Shown piece by piece: positions 55,749 to 64,000 of a DNA stretch of 64,000 nucleotides. How positions within the stretch are numbered: position 1 is the first letter of the stretch; the number at the start of each line of letters is the position of its first letter. Both the position numbers and the translations under genes were made by a program. The DNA lies in NCBI GenBank assembly GCA_038998335.1, contig JAVZHQ010000001.1, positions 640,001 to 704,000 of the forward strand, written 5' to 3'. The DNA is from Candidatus Aenigmatarchaeota archaeon. Lineage in GTDB: Archaea; Aenigmatarchaeota; Aenigmatarchaeia; CG10238-14; SCSR01. Below the pieces are notes generated by a model, which made no database searches, was not told where the DNA came from, and saw only the letters and a program-made list of their open reading frames with translations.

Positions 55749-56444
55749 CTATAACTCATGGCTTGTTTTTAAACTTCTCATTTGCTCCCTTACTGTATCT
55801 AGTCTATCTTTAAGGGTTTGAATTTTTTTATTAATCTTATTCATTTTATCAGCAGCTCGAGGGTCGCCAGGTTTTATGTTTGAAAGTTCCTCATAAAGCC
55901 TTGCTATTTCCATGGTTAATATCTTTTCTTCTTTGCTTAGCCTGCCCATGCTTTTTCTATAATACTTGTAAAGATCTGCTCTACTTCCCCATTTTCTTAA
56001 GTAGGCCAAAGAATACAACGCCCATCCTCCTATAAATAAAATAAGAAATATCGTGTAAGCTGCAACAGTACCAAGAGCCATTGTGATATAAACATAAGTT
56101 ATGAAAGCCTTGCTTGGCAAAGTACTGAAAGCAAAGGCAAAAGCTACTACTATTTCTATAGCAGGAGTTCTCCAGAAAATTCTTAATTGCCTTAAAATTC
56201 CTAGAATAATAGCATAAAGAGCGAGAAAAGGAACCATGAAGTTAAAAATAAAGTTCCTAATGTTTTGAGTAGGCATCCATTCCTCTGGCAAACCAAAAAC
56301 TTTTGTCCAAAAATATTCAACACTCCAAAAGTCGCCATATTCTTGTGCTTTTACTGAAACTGCTAAAGATGAGAAAAAAATTAAAAAAAGAAATAATAAG
56401 CATAGTTTTTTACTCATCCTTATCAATATTATTTTCTTTTTCAA
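55749..56444 (-). CDS. Membrane protein, paralog family, with C-terminal coiled coil
   Basis: F.VPFLALYAIILGIL..L.IF motif. Confidence 0.65.
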   Translation of the reverse strand: MKKKIILIRMSKKLCLLFLFLIFFSSLAVSVKAQEYGDFWSVEYFWTKVFGLPEEWMPTQNIRNFIFNFMVPFLALYAIILGILRQLRIFWRTPAIEIVVAFAFAFSTLPSKAFITYVYITMALGTVAAYTIFLILFIGGWALYSLAYLRKWGSRADLYKYYRKSMGRLSKEEKILTMEIARLYEELSNIKPGDPRAADKMNKINKKIQTLKDRLDTVREQMRSLKTSHEL

Positions 56445-56503
56445 AAATTTAAATCATGTTCAAATTTCATTAGCATCTGAAAAACTTAAGAAAAATTAAC
56501 GAA

Positions 56504-57241
56504 ATGTTTAAATTTCTTTATTTTATAACCATCATTATGCCGAAATCTTTAGTTCAGGAAATGTTCCAAGAAGCAAAAAAGTTTGTTAGGTTACATAACA
56601 AAAAGGGAGCAAGTGATGTAGAAATCAACGAAATTCTCAGAAAAAAACCTTTTGTCCAAGGAGAGTTTATTATAGATACTGTGGTAGAAGTTAATTCTAA
56701 GTATCTTGAGAAAATCGGGGTTTCAGAAAGAAGTTATGATTACAAAAGTTTGCAACAAGCAACTAAGGAATGGAAAAAGGTTATTAGAGAAAGAGAAGGC
56801 TTAGTTCCTTCTGCCAATACTTATCCTTGGTATTTTGGTTCGACAAAACTTAATCGTAAAATTTCCTTAACAGATAAAAAAATAGAAAATTTTGGAAAAA
56901 AATACAAACTTGAATGTGTTTATTGCACAGAAAAGGATAAATGGGGCGAGAAACAAATAAGCCACGTTTGCTTAGTCAGTCCTTTAATCGATTTGGATGA
57001 AGCAACCCTTTATACTACTGGATACTATGTAGGAACAACTTTAGATTTGAACGAAACTAGAGATGGAAAATTGTACGAAAGTATAGGGAAGGAAATTTAT
57101 GGTTTGAAAGAGAAGACTTGGGTTCTGGGAAGAAAAATAAACTCTCTTAGAAGAAGGTGGAGAGGATACTGGGAAGAAATAGACAGAAGGATGGACGAAG
57201 CTTTAGATGCATCTTCTATAGATTCCTTTGAAGAAGAGTAA
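56504..57241 (+). CDS. Hypothetical protein
   Basis: 245 aa ORF, no motif recognised. Confidence 0.55.
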   Translation: MFKFLYFITIIMPKSLVQEMFQEAKKFVRLHNKKGASDVEINEILRKKPFVQGEFIIDTVVEVNSKYLEKIGVSERSYDYKSLQQATKEWKKVIREREGLVPSANTYPWYFGSTKLNRKISLTDKKIENFGKKYKLECVYCTEKDKWGEKQISHVCLVSPLIDLDEATLYTTGYYVGTTLDLNETRDGKLYESIGKEIYGLKEKTWVLGRKINSLRRRWRGYWEEIDRRMDEALDASSIDSFEEE

Positions 57242-57254
57242 CGTAAAAAGTTAA

Positions 57255-57884
57255 TTACACAGCACCTGTGGCCATTTCTCTCTGTTTTCTTTCTATAAAT
57301 TGAAGTTCGGCTTGTATTGCATCTATTTGTGATTTTAAGTCTGCTGCTTTCTTCCATTGTCTAGCTTGTACTGCTTTTTGATGCTCTATTAAGAGTTGTT
57401 GTAATTTTTGTGTGAGCTCTGCAACAGATTTAGTTGTAGTAAGAACAAGAAACTTTTCAGGTTTTTTGAGAAACCTTTTTGTCATAACAGCAGAACCAAC
57501 AATAAATATAACTGTCCATACAATAATGGAATACATACCTAAAATCCCAAACATACCCCAAATAAACCATCTAAGCGGGGTTGCCATCAGCACTCCAACC
57601 CAAGATAAAGCTATTAATAAGTTAAGGTTTTTATCAGTAACAAACCAGCCTGTGGCCATATTAATTATTGCTAACACCATAGCAGTTGAACCTATAAGAG
57701 GAAGCATAAACATCCATATAAAATTAGGAAAGAATAGATCCTCTGCCGGAAGACCCGTGATATCAGAAAGGTACTGAACTAAACTCTTTCCTTCCCAATA
57801 GATTGGCACAAAATTTACTGCAGCACCAATAACAAAAAGGATAATTGCCAAATAAACTAAAGTTCTAGTTTGTCCTTTTCCCAT
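57255..57884 (-). CDS. Membrane protein, paralog family, with C-terminal coiled coil
   Basis: GLP...NFIW.F.LP; resembles 55749..56444. Confidence 0.62.
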   Translation of the reverse strand: MGKGQTRTLVYLAIILFVIGAAVNFVPIYWEGKSLVQYLSDITGLPAEDLFFPNFIWMFMLPLIGSTAMVLAIINMATGWFVTDKNLNLLIALSWVGVLMATPLRWFIWGMFGILGMYSIIVWTVIFIVGSAVMTKRFLKKPEKFLVLTTTKSVAELTQKLQQLLIEHQKAVQARQWKKAADLKSQIDAIQAELQFIERKQREMATGAV

Positions 57885-57975
57885 AAATTTTATTTGAACT
57901 TTTAAATTTATATTCTTGACAATCCACTTTTAGAGAAGCGAAGATTTAAAAAATTTTTTAAACATTAATTAATCG

Positions 57976-58650
57976 ATGAGCATATACGAAAAAGAAAGTG
58001 CAATAGATAGATTTGAAACTCATATAAGACTATTAAGCGAGGATTTGGACTTTCTTCCAGAAACTATAAGCAGCTTTAGCGAGCTTGCTGAATACTTTCC
58101 GGATTTGAAAAATAGAGAAGAATATAAAAGAGTTGAAGAAATTTTAAACTCACTAGCAAACCCATTAAAAAGAATTGGTTACAAACTTTACATAAAAAAT
58201 TTAAACAAGTATGCAGGAAGACTTGTTGCATCTGCTAAGGAAAAGATAGAAGAATTAAGAAAATATGAGAAGCCTGTGGAAATCAAGAAAGAAGTAATAG
58301 CGGTTAAAATTCCCCCTTCCCCTTGGTATAAGGTAATAGAAGATGTAAACAAACTTTCAGATAGTATGTGGATAGATAGAACAATAATCAGAAACGTAAT
58401 CCCAATGTTTGAAGACCTTATTGCTGACCTGCAAGATTTGGGAGCTCCAAAAGAGTTTTACGAAGATTTAAACCAACACTTGGAATATTTATTGTCAGTG
58501 GAAGATGCAGAATTAACAATTCCTCAATTTAAAAAACTTACCCCTAGCTATATTTCCAAAGACAGACAATTGAGAAAATTGCTTACGCAAATAAAACATT
58601 ACGCAGAAAGGAAAATTGAGAAAGAGAAAAGAAAAGAAATGCTATTATAA
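57976..58650 (+). CDS. Hypothetical helical protein
   Basis: 224 aa ORF. Confidence 0.55.
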   Translation: MSIYEKESAIDRFETHIRLLSEDLDFLPETISSFSELAEYFPDLKNREEYKRVEEILNSLANPLKRIGYKLYIKNLNKYAGRLVASAKEKIEELRKYEKPVEIKKEVIAVKIPPSPWYKVIEDVNKLSDSMWIDRTIIRNVIPMFEDLIADLQDLGAPKEFYEDLNQHLEYLLSVEDAELTIPQFKKLTPSYISKDRQLRKLLTQIKHYAERKIEKEKRKEMLL

Positions 58651-58681
58651 TTTATTTCTGCTTAACTAACAAAAATTAATT

Positions 58682-59170
58682 ATGAGTATCTTTGATTTTT
58701 TGGCTCAAGAATCTTTACAATCAATTTTTTACAATTTTTTCCTTCCTTTTATAGTTATGTTTGCAATTCTTTTTGGATCTTTGGAAGGAATAAGAATTTT
58801 CAACAGAAAAATTAACTTGATTCTTTCCTTAGCAATAACTTTTGCTGCAGCTTATGGTGGAGCTTTTTCATTTTTCTCTCAATATCTTTTGATTCTCGGC
58901 CCTTACACTGCTTTTGGAGCTTTCATACTAGTTTTCTTTGTTGGTGTTTTAATCTGGGCATTTGGAAGAGGAAAAGAAATCTATTATGAGAGTGCAGCTC
59001 CACACAAAAAACTAGAAAAAATAAACAAGGAAATAGAAAAGCTTTATGAAAAGTATAGAAGAGAAAACAATCCAGAGAAAAAAAGAGCCATAGACAGGCA
59101 AATAATTGAACTTGAAAGAATGAGAGAACATTTGAGAAGGGAAGTAGAATCAAGAAGTTTATATTCTTAA
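58682..59170 (+). CDS. Membrane protein, paralog family
   Basis: FFLPFIVMFAILFG.L...IF....N. Confidence 0.65.
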   Translation: MSIFDFLAQESLQSIFYNFFLPFIVMFAILFGSLEGIRIFNRKINLILSLAITFAAAYGGAFSFFSQYLLILGPYTAFGAFILVFFVGVLIWAFGRGKEIYYESAAPHKKLEKINKEIEKLYEKYRRENNPEKKRAIDRQIIELERMREHLRREVESRSLYS

Positions 59171-59188
59171 CAAAACAAATTTTAAATA

Positions 59189-59734
59189 ATGGCAGATTTG
59201 TTTACGCCAATAATTGAACAGTTAGACAAATTGGGTTTTTTCAATTTTTTCTTTCCTTGGCTTGTGACTCTTGCTATAATGTACGCTATCTTACAGAAAT
59301 CAAAAATCTTAGGAGAATCTGTTTTAATAAATGGTATTGTAGCTTTAAGCATAGCTTTTCTTGTTTTTGCTTTTCCTGTTCTTTCTGGCGTAAGCCTTTC
59401 ACTTCCTTTAAGCATGCTTTTTACCCAAACATTTTCTATTTTATTGTTTTTCTTTGTTGGTTTCTTGCTAGCAAGTTTGTTTTACCCAAACTTAACCCAA
59501 TTCCTTATCCAACAATTCACAAGAAGAACAACTTTGTATGCTATGATTGCTTTGGGTATAGCTTTGTTTATTACTAGCGGTTTAATCGGAACTTTTTGGT
59601 CGCAAACAACTAAGCCTCCTGAACCTGGTAAAGCTGTTTTGCCACCAGATGTTGTTTATTTAACAGTAGGTATAATATTATTTGTAGTGGTTTTAATCAT
59701 AGCAGGCTCTGTAGCAAGGATGGGAGGAAGTTAA
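59189..59734 (+). CDS. Membrane protein, paralog family
   Basis: GFF.FFFPWL..LAIMYAILQKSKI. Confidence 0.65.
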   Translation: MADLFTPIIEQLDKLGFFNFFFPWLVTLAIMYAILQKSKILGESVLINGIVALSIAFLVFAFPVLSGVSLSLPLSMLFTQTFSILLFFFVGFLLASLFYPNLTQFLIQQFTRRTTLYAMIALGIALFITSGLIGTFWSQTTKPPEPGKAVLPPDVVYLTVGIILFVVVLIIAGSVARMGGS

Positions 59735-60286
59735 ATGGCAGACCCTTTCACAACAGTAATTTTAAAGTTGAAAGGAACAGGTTTTTTTGAGTTTATGCTA
59801 CCTTTCATGCTTACCTCTGCAATTTTCTATGGTTTGCTAAGAAAATCACAAATATTTGGAGACCCAGACAAAAACATTGCTGTTAACGCTGTAGTTGCCT
59901 TAACAGCAGGTTTTATGGTTTGGGCTTATCCTATTCTTGCAGGAGTAAGCTTTATGGACAAGCTTCCTGTTTTTTTTGCTCAAGCAATGAGTGCAATGCT
60001 TGTTGTTCTAGTTGGTTTACTAACAACAAGCATGTTTTTGCCTCCTGATTTACCAAGCAAGTTAGAAGCAAAATTGGGAGGTAGAGCTTTTGGTATAATT
60101 TTGATAGCAGGAATTTTGATAGGCGGAGGAATTTTGGTAGCTAGCGGTTTAATAAACGTTTTCTTCCCTGCAGGAGGTTTAGAGATTACAGGACTTTCTG
60201 AAGATACTATTTTAACAATAGCTATAGTAATTCTCTTTTTCATAACTATTCTTGTGATGGTTTGGGGTGGAGGAGGTAAGAAATAA
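59735..60286 (+). CDS. Membrane protein, paralog family
   Basis: GFFEFMLPFML..AIFYGLLRKS.IF. Confidence 0.65.
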   Translation: MADPFTTVILKLKGTGFFEFMLPFMLTSAIFYGLLRKSQIFGDPDKNIAVNAVVALTAGFMVWAYPILAGVSFMDKLPVFFAQAMSAMLVVLVGLLTTSMFLPPDLPSKLEAKLGGRAFGIILIAGILIGGGILVASGLINVFFPAGGLEITGLSEDTILTIAIVILFFITILVMVWGGGGKK

Positions 60287-60858
60287 TGGACTATTATGGA
60301 ATTACAGAATTTTTGAAGAACATAGGAGTTTTTGAGTTTTACTTGCCTTTTGTCATACTTTTTGGTTTGCTTTTTGGTTTGCTAGAAAAATCAAAAATAA
60401 TTCCTGAAAGAAGGATAAACATAATAATAGCATTAGCCTCTGCCTTTTTCATAATGGCGTATACTCCTGCTGGCATAACTCTAACTCAATTCTTCTCAAA
60501 CTTTTTCGCTAACGTTGCAGTTGTAATGGTTACTCTTCTTTCCTTTGTGCTAATGATTTATCTAATAATACCCATAACAGGAAGAAAAGAACCAGAATTT
60601 CCTAAAGCTGCTAAGTACATAGCTTTCTTAATAGCCTTAATAGTAGTTGGAATTTTCTTAACATCAGGTGGCTTATCCATATTTTTACCGCAGCTTGCCG
60701 AAACAACAGTTCCTATTCCTGGCTTAGAAATAGATCCTCAAGACTTAGTCATAATCATCTTGATTGCCATAACAATCTTGGTAATTTACTTTGTAAGTAA
60801 GGGTGAAAAAGAAGAGAAAAAAGAGGGTAAAGTCTTTAAGTTTGTTCAAGAGGATTAG
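60286..60858 (+). CDS. Membrane protein, paralog family
   Basis: GVFEFYLPFVILFGLLFGLLEKSKI. Confidence 0.65.
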   Translation: MDYYGITEFLKNIGVFEFYLPFVILFGLLFGLLEKSKIIPERRINIIIALASAFFIMAYTPAGITLTQFFSNFFANVAVVMVTLLSFVLMIYLIIPITGRKEPEFPKAAKYIAFLIALIVVGIFLTSGGLSIFLPQLAETTVPIPGLEIDPQDLVIIILIAITILVIYFVSKGEKEEKKEGKVFKFVQED

Positions 60859-61448
60859 ACAGTTATTCTATTCAATTCACTTTCTAGACTTTCTGCTCTT
60901 GCAATTTCTTTGTTGAACGGTTCTAATTTAGCTTGTTTTTCCTCTTCAAGTTCCTCTTCTAGTTGTGTTTTTATTATTTGATGTGCACCTTTGTAAATCT
61001 TAAGCATGTCTCTTGCAAAAGCTCTTGTTATTCTTGCGTATTTTTTGATTGGCTCTAAAGCAGCTATTAGGTGATCATAACCATTTCTAATATCCTCAAC
61101 AGTTGTTTGTTGCTTCTTTCTAATAAGGTTATTCTCATAAACCTGAATAGCTTTCATAAACTCCTTCGAAGCCTCAGCAAATTGTATAGGAGGTTTATAA
61201 GGCTGCCTTACAACTCTTTTTTCTCCTGTTCTAGGATCTTCTATCTCAACCATTTCAGCATATAGGTCAGTAGCACCAAAATGAAGAAGTACTCTTAACC
61301 ACTTTTCATAAGAGTCGAAAATAGAATACTTTTTCCCTGTTTCATCCTTAACTTCATCAGCAAAGTATTGTTTAATATAATGCTTAAGTTGTCCACCAAC
61401 TTCTATCAAATCTAGCAAGTTGTAAGTTTCTCCTATTTCTTGTGTCAT
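60855..61448 (-). CDS. Hypothetical helical protein
   Basis: 197 aa ORF. Confidence 0.55.
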   Translation of the reverse strand: MTQEIGETYNLLDLIEVGGQLKHYIKQYFADEVKDETGKKYSIFDSYEKWLRVLLHFGATDLYAEMVEIEDPRTGEKRVVRQPYKPPIQFAEASKEFMKAIQVYENNLIRKKQQTTVEDIRNGYDHLIAALEPIKKYARITRAFARDMLKIYKGAHQIIKTQLEEELEEEKQAKLEPFNKEIARAESLESELNRITV

Positions 61449-61484
61449 ATTTAATTGTTACCACTAACTAGTATTTAAAGATTT

Positions 61485-62249
61485 CTATTCTTCACTATAT
61501 AATAGTAAAAACTCTTTTTCAGTAAAGTGCAAAATCCCTGGAAATATTATGACCGCAGGTATTTCTATATCTTTTTTTATTAAATTCTTTATTTTACCAA
61601 AAACAATTAAAGGCTTTTCGCTTCCTGCTTTCGAAAAAATTATTGCTTCTGATTCTTCAGAAATCACTCCTTCTTTCCTTTTTTTCTCGATTTCAAGTAG
61701 AATTTTTAACCCTTCTCTTGGTTCCATATACCTTTTTTCCTCTGCCAAAACGTCTAGCAAGCATAAAGTATGTAAACCTCTAGCTTTATTCATTTTTATA
61801 ACCTCATAAACAGATTCAGGAAGCTTTCCTTTTGTTCTTTCAAGAAAAGGAATAGTAACATAAGGTCCAAACTTTTGTAAGTGTAAACCAGTTTCTCCTA
61901 TAGCTGAAATTATAGAAGCGTTATGGATGACTTTTGTTTCTATTCCAAGCTTTTTTGCTTCTAGCATTAGAGAAGAATGAGTTGTTTGAACTAAGGCATC
62001 GCCTTGAACGAACAAAATCACTTTTTGGTTTTTTGCAATTTCGAGAATTCTTTCGGAATTTTCTTCCAAATCTTTTCTTTCCAAAACTTCAATTTTCTTT
62101 CCAACAAGCTTTTCCAAGTTTTCTATGCTTCCATACCATTTGCTGGTATAAAGCTCGATAAAAATTTTGTCTGCACTTTTTGCTTCTTCTATTTCTCTTA
62201 AGCTTAAGTCCTTTTCGTCATACAAACCTAAACCAGCTAGTATTAACAT
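61485..62249 (-). CDS. dph5: Diphthine synthase
   Basis: GLGL.D..D, ELYTS, GD....TTH, HNASI, GL...KFG, N..RGLHTLCLLD. Confidence 0.95.
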   Translation of the reverse strand: MLILAGLGLYDEKDLSLREIEEAKSADKIFIELYTSKWYGSIENLEKLVGKKIEVLERKDLEENSERILEIAKNQKVILFVQGDALVQTTHSSLMLEAKKLGIETKVIHNASIISAIGETGLHLQKFGPYVTIPFLERTKGKLPESVYEVIKMNKARGLHTLCLLDVLAEEKRYMEPREGLKILLEIEKKRKEGVISEESEAIIFSKAGSEKPLIVFGKIKNLIKKDIEIPAVIIFPGILHFTEKEFLLLYSEE

Positions 62250-63110
62250 CTATACCACAACACAATTTTTAATTAGTTCGTAAGCATTCTTTGCTTTTTC
62301 CTCAAGTTTAATCTTTAAAAAAGCTGCTTTTCCGCCATAAACTTTTGTTGAGGAAATTGTTAAAATTTTTCCTTTATGATTAACTTTTGCTCCCTCAAAA
62401 GGAGGTTGATGGCTTCTTATCAAAGTTTTAACCTTTAAAATTTCCAGGCATTTTTCTGTTATGTCTTGTCCAAAAAGATAACCAATTCCTCTGTTAAAGT
62501 TTGGAATAAATCCTTGAATCTCGTAAGGATCGTTCCATAAAATTTCTATCAAGTCAGACTTTTCTGGGAAATTTTCCTTTGCTTTTTCTATGTCTTTAAA
62601 AGAAGAAAGGCTTACCGGAAAGCCTGCATGAAGAAAAATATATTTTTCAGGAAGAATTGCTCCTAATTGTAGCTTATCAAAAAGTTTGTAAAGTTTTCTG
62701 TAGATGTTTTCACCTTCTTTTCCATATTTTTCACACAACCTGAAAGGCAGATCATGAGGAGAAAAATCAACATATTGAGGAGCTTCATGATTTCCCCTTA
62801 ACAAAAAAACCCTTTCTGGATATTTTGCTTTCAAACTTAAAACAGTGTAAAAAACTTCTGGAGAATTTTCTCCTCTATCGCCATAATCCCCAAGAAAAAG
62901 GAAAAAATCTTTTTTTAAATTACTTTTCTTAAGTATAGAGCAAAGACTTTCAAAATCTCCGTGCAAATCACCTATAGCTATCAAACTACCTTTTGAAGGT
63001 AAGTAGCAAAGGCTTTTCTCTTCCAAAACTTCTGAAGCTTTTTCTATAACTTCTATCATTTCTTGAAAAGAAGCTCTTCTAGCTTTTTCGAAAATTTCAT
63101 CTATTTCCAT
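62250..63110 (-). CDS. PPP-family Ser/Thr phosphatase (metallophosphoesterase)
   Basis: GDLHG, LGDYGDRG, LRGNHE, LWNDP, RG.G..FG, IRSHQ. Confidence 0.92.
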   Translation of the reverse strand: MEIDEIFEKARRASFQEMIEVIEKASEVLEEKSLCYLPSKGSLIAIGDLHGDFESLCSILKKSNLKKDFFLFLGDYGDRGENSPEVFYTVLSLKAKYPERVFLLRGNHEAPQYVDFSPHDLPFRLCEKYGKEGENIYRKLYKLFDKLQLGAILPEKYIFLHAGFPVSLSSFKDIEKAKENFPEKSDLIEILWNDPYEIQGFIPNFNRGIGYLFGQDITEKCLEILKVKTLIRSHQPPFEGAKVNHKGKILTISSTKVYGGKAAFLKIKLEEKAKNAYELIKNCVVV

Positions 63111-63163
63111 GTTTATAGATTGGAGAAAAAATTAAAATTTGTTATAGCTGGCTAAATATAATT

Positions 63164-64000
63164 ATGGTAATTCCTTTAATAGAAAAGTTAAAAGAAATTT
63201 TTAAAGAGAAATTAACAGAAGAGGAAATGAAGCTTTTACCTTCTAGCTTTGATATAATTGGTTCAAGAGAAAAAGCTGTAGCTATAGTTGAAATTCCTGA
63301 AGAGCTTAAGGATAAACAAGAAATAATAGCAAAAGCTATAATGAAACTTCATAAAAACGTGAAAACTGTTTTGAAAAAGGCTTCTGAAAGGAAAGGCAAG
63401 CTAAGGATAAGAGAATATGAGTTAATAGCTGGCGAAACTAATACAGAAGTTTTACATAAGGAATATGGATACTTGCTAAAGCTTGACCCTCAAAAAGTTT
63501 ATTTCTCGCCAAGAGAGGCTACAGAAAGACAAAGAATTGCAGAACAAGTTAAACCTAGTGAAAATGTTTTAGTTATGTTTAGTGGAGTTTGTCCTTATCC
63601 TTTGGCTATATTCAAAAAACAACCAAAAGTGAATAAAATTGTTGCTGTTGAAATTAACCCTGATGCACATAAGTATGCAGAAGAAAATGTTAAATTGAAC
63701 AAAGCTGAGAAAAAGGTTTTCCCTGTTTTAGGCGACGTAAAAGAAGTTTGTCCAAAATATTACGGAAAATTTGATCGCATAGTAATGCCTTTGCCCTTAG
63801 GGGCTGAAAGTTTTCTTGACATTGCTATTAAATGCTTAAAGTCTCAAGGCGGAATCGTTCATTTTTACAATTGGGGTAGTGAGGATGATTTATACTCAAG
63901 AGCTTTAAGCTTAATAGAGAAACACGCAAGAAAGCTAAGGAAAAAAGTTGAAATTTTGAATAAAAGAAAAGTTCTACCTTATGCTCCAAAAAAGTATAAG
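63164..64000 (+). CDS. trm5: Trm5/Taw2-family tRNA methyltransferase (3' partial)
   Basis: Manual translation: SFDIIG, T...HKEYG, KVYFSPR..TER.RI, VMFSGV.PY, EINP.A, FDRIVMPLP. Confidence 0.85.
   Translation, partial: MVIPLIEKLKEIFKEKLTEEEMKLLPSSFDIIGSREKAVAIVEIPEELKDKQEIIAKAIMKLHKNVKTVLKKASERKGKLRIREYELIAGETNTEVLHKEYGYLLKLDPQKVYFSPREATERQRIAEQVKPSENVLVMFSGVCPYPLAIFKKQPKVNKIVAVEINPDAHKYAEENVKLNKAEKKVFPVLGDVKEVCPKYYGKFDRIVMPLPLGAESFLDIAIKCLKSQGGIVHFYNWGSEDDLYSRALSLIEKHARKLRKKVEILNKRKVLPYAPKKYK

Noticed and set aside
340-62201. Many 60-125 aa ORFs nested in or antisense to longer genes
   Set aside because: Shadow frames of well-supported genes, with biased composition and no motifs
1-64000. 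CRISPR array, rRNA genes, IS transposases
   Set aside because: No regularly spaced repeats, rRNA-like tracts or transposase motifs seen by eye

Overview
AT-rich, gene-dense archaeal DNA. The gene content suggests a DPANN-type lineage, possibly Aenigmarchaeota (inference). It holds housekeeping genes (SRP RNA, five tRNAs, endA, rps17e, top6A/B, rio1, aIF-1A, nmd3, tyw1, uppS, pcm, alba, dph5, trm5) and a ~29 kb type IV pilus/Tad-like cluster with many class III signal peptide proteins. The main discovery is a module that occurs three times: a free-standing endonuclease ORF (two LAGLIDADG, one HTH + PD-(D/E)XK) directly upstream of, or overlapping, a conserved host gene that carries a tiny bulge-helix-bulge (BHB) intron near its 5' end. 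The hosts are tRNA-Phe (17 nt intron at 9/10), tRNA-Asn (15 nt at 8/9) and the protein-coding gene alba (31 nt, frame-restoring mRNA intron). Both tRNAs have a tandem copy of their acceptor 5' strand in the leader, and an intron-less 5' remnant of tRNA-Asn lies on the far side of its nuclease. This looks like collaborative homing, in which nucleases spread micro-introns that protect their target sites. All structures were folded by eye; no database searches were run.
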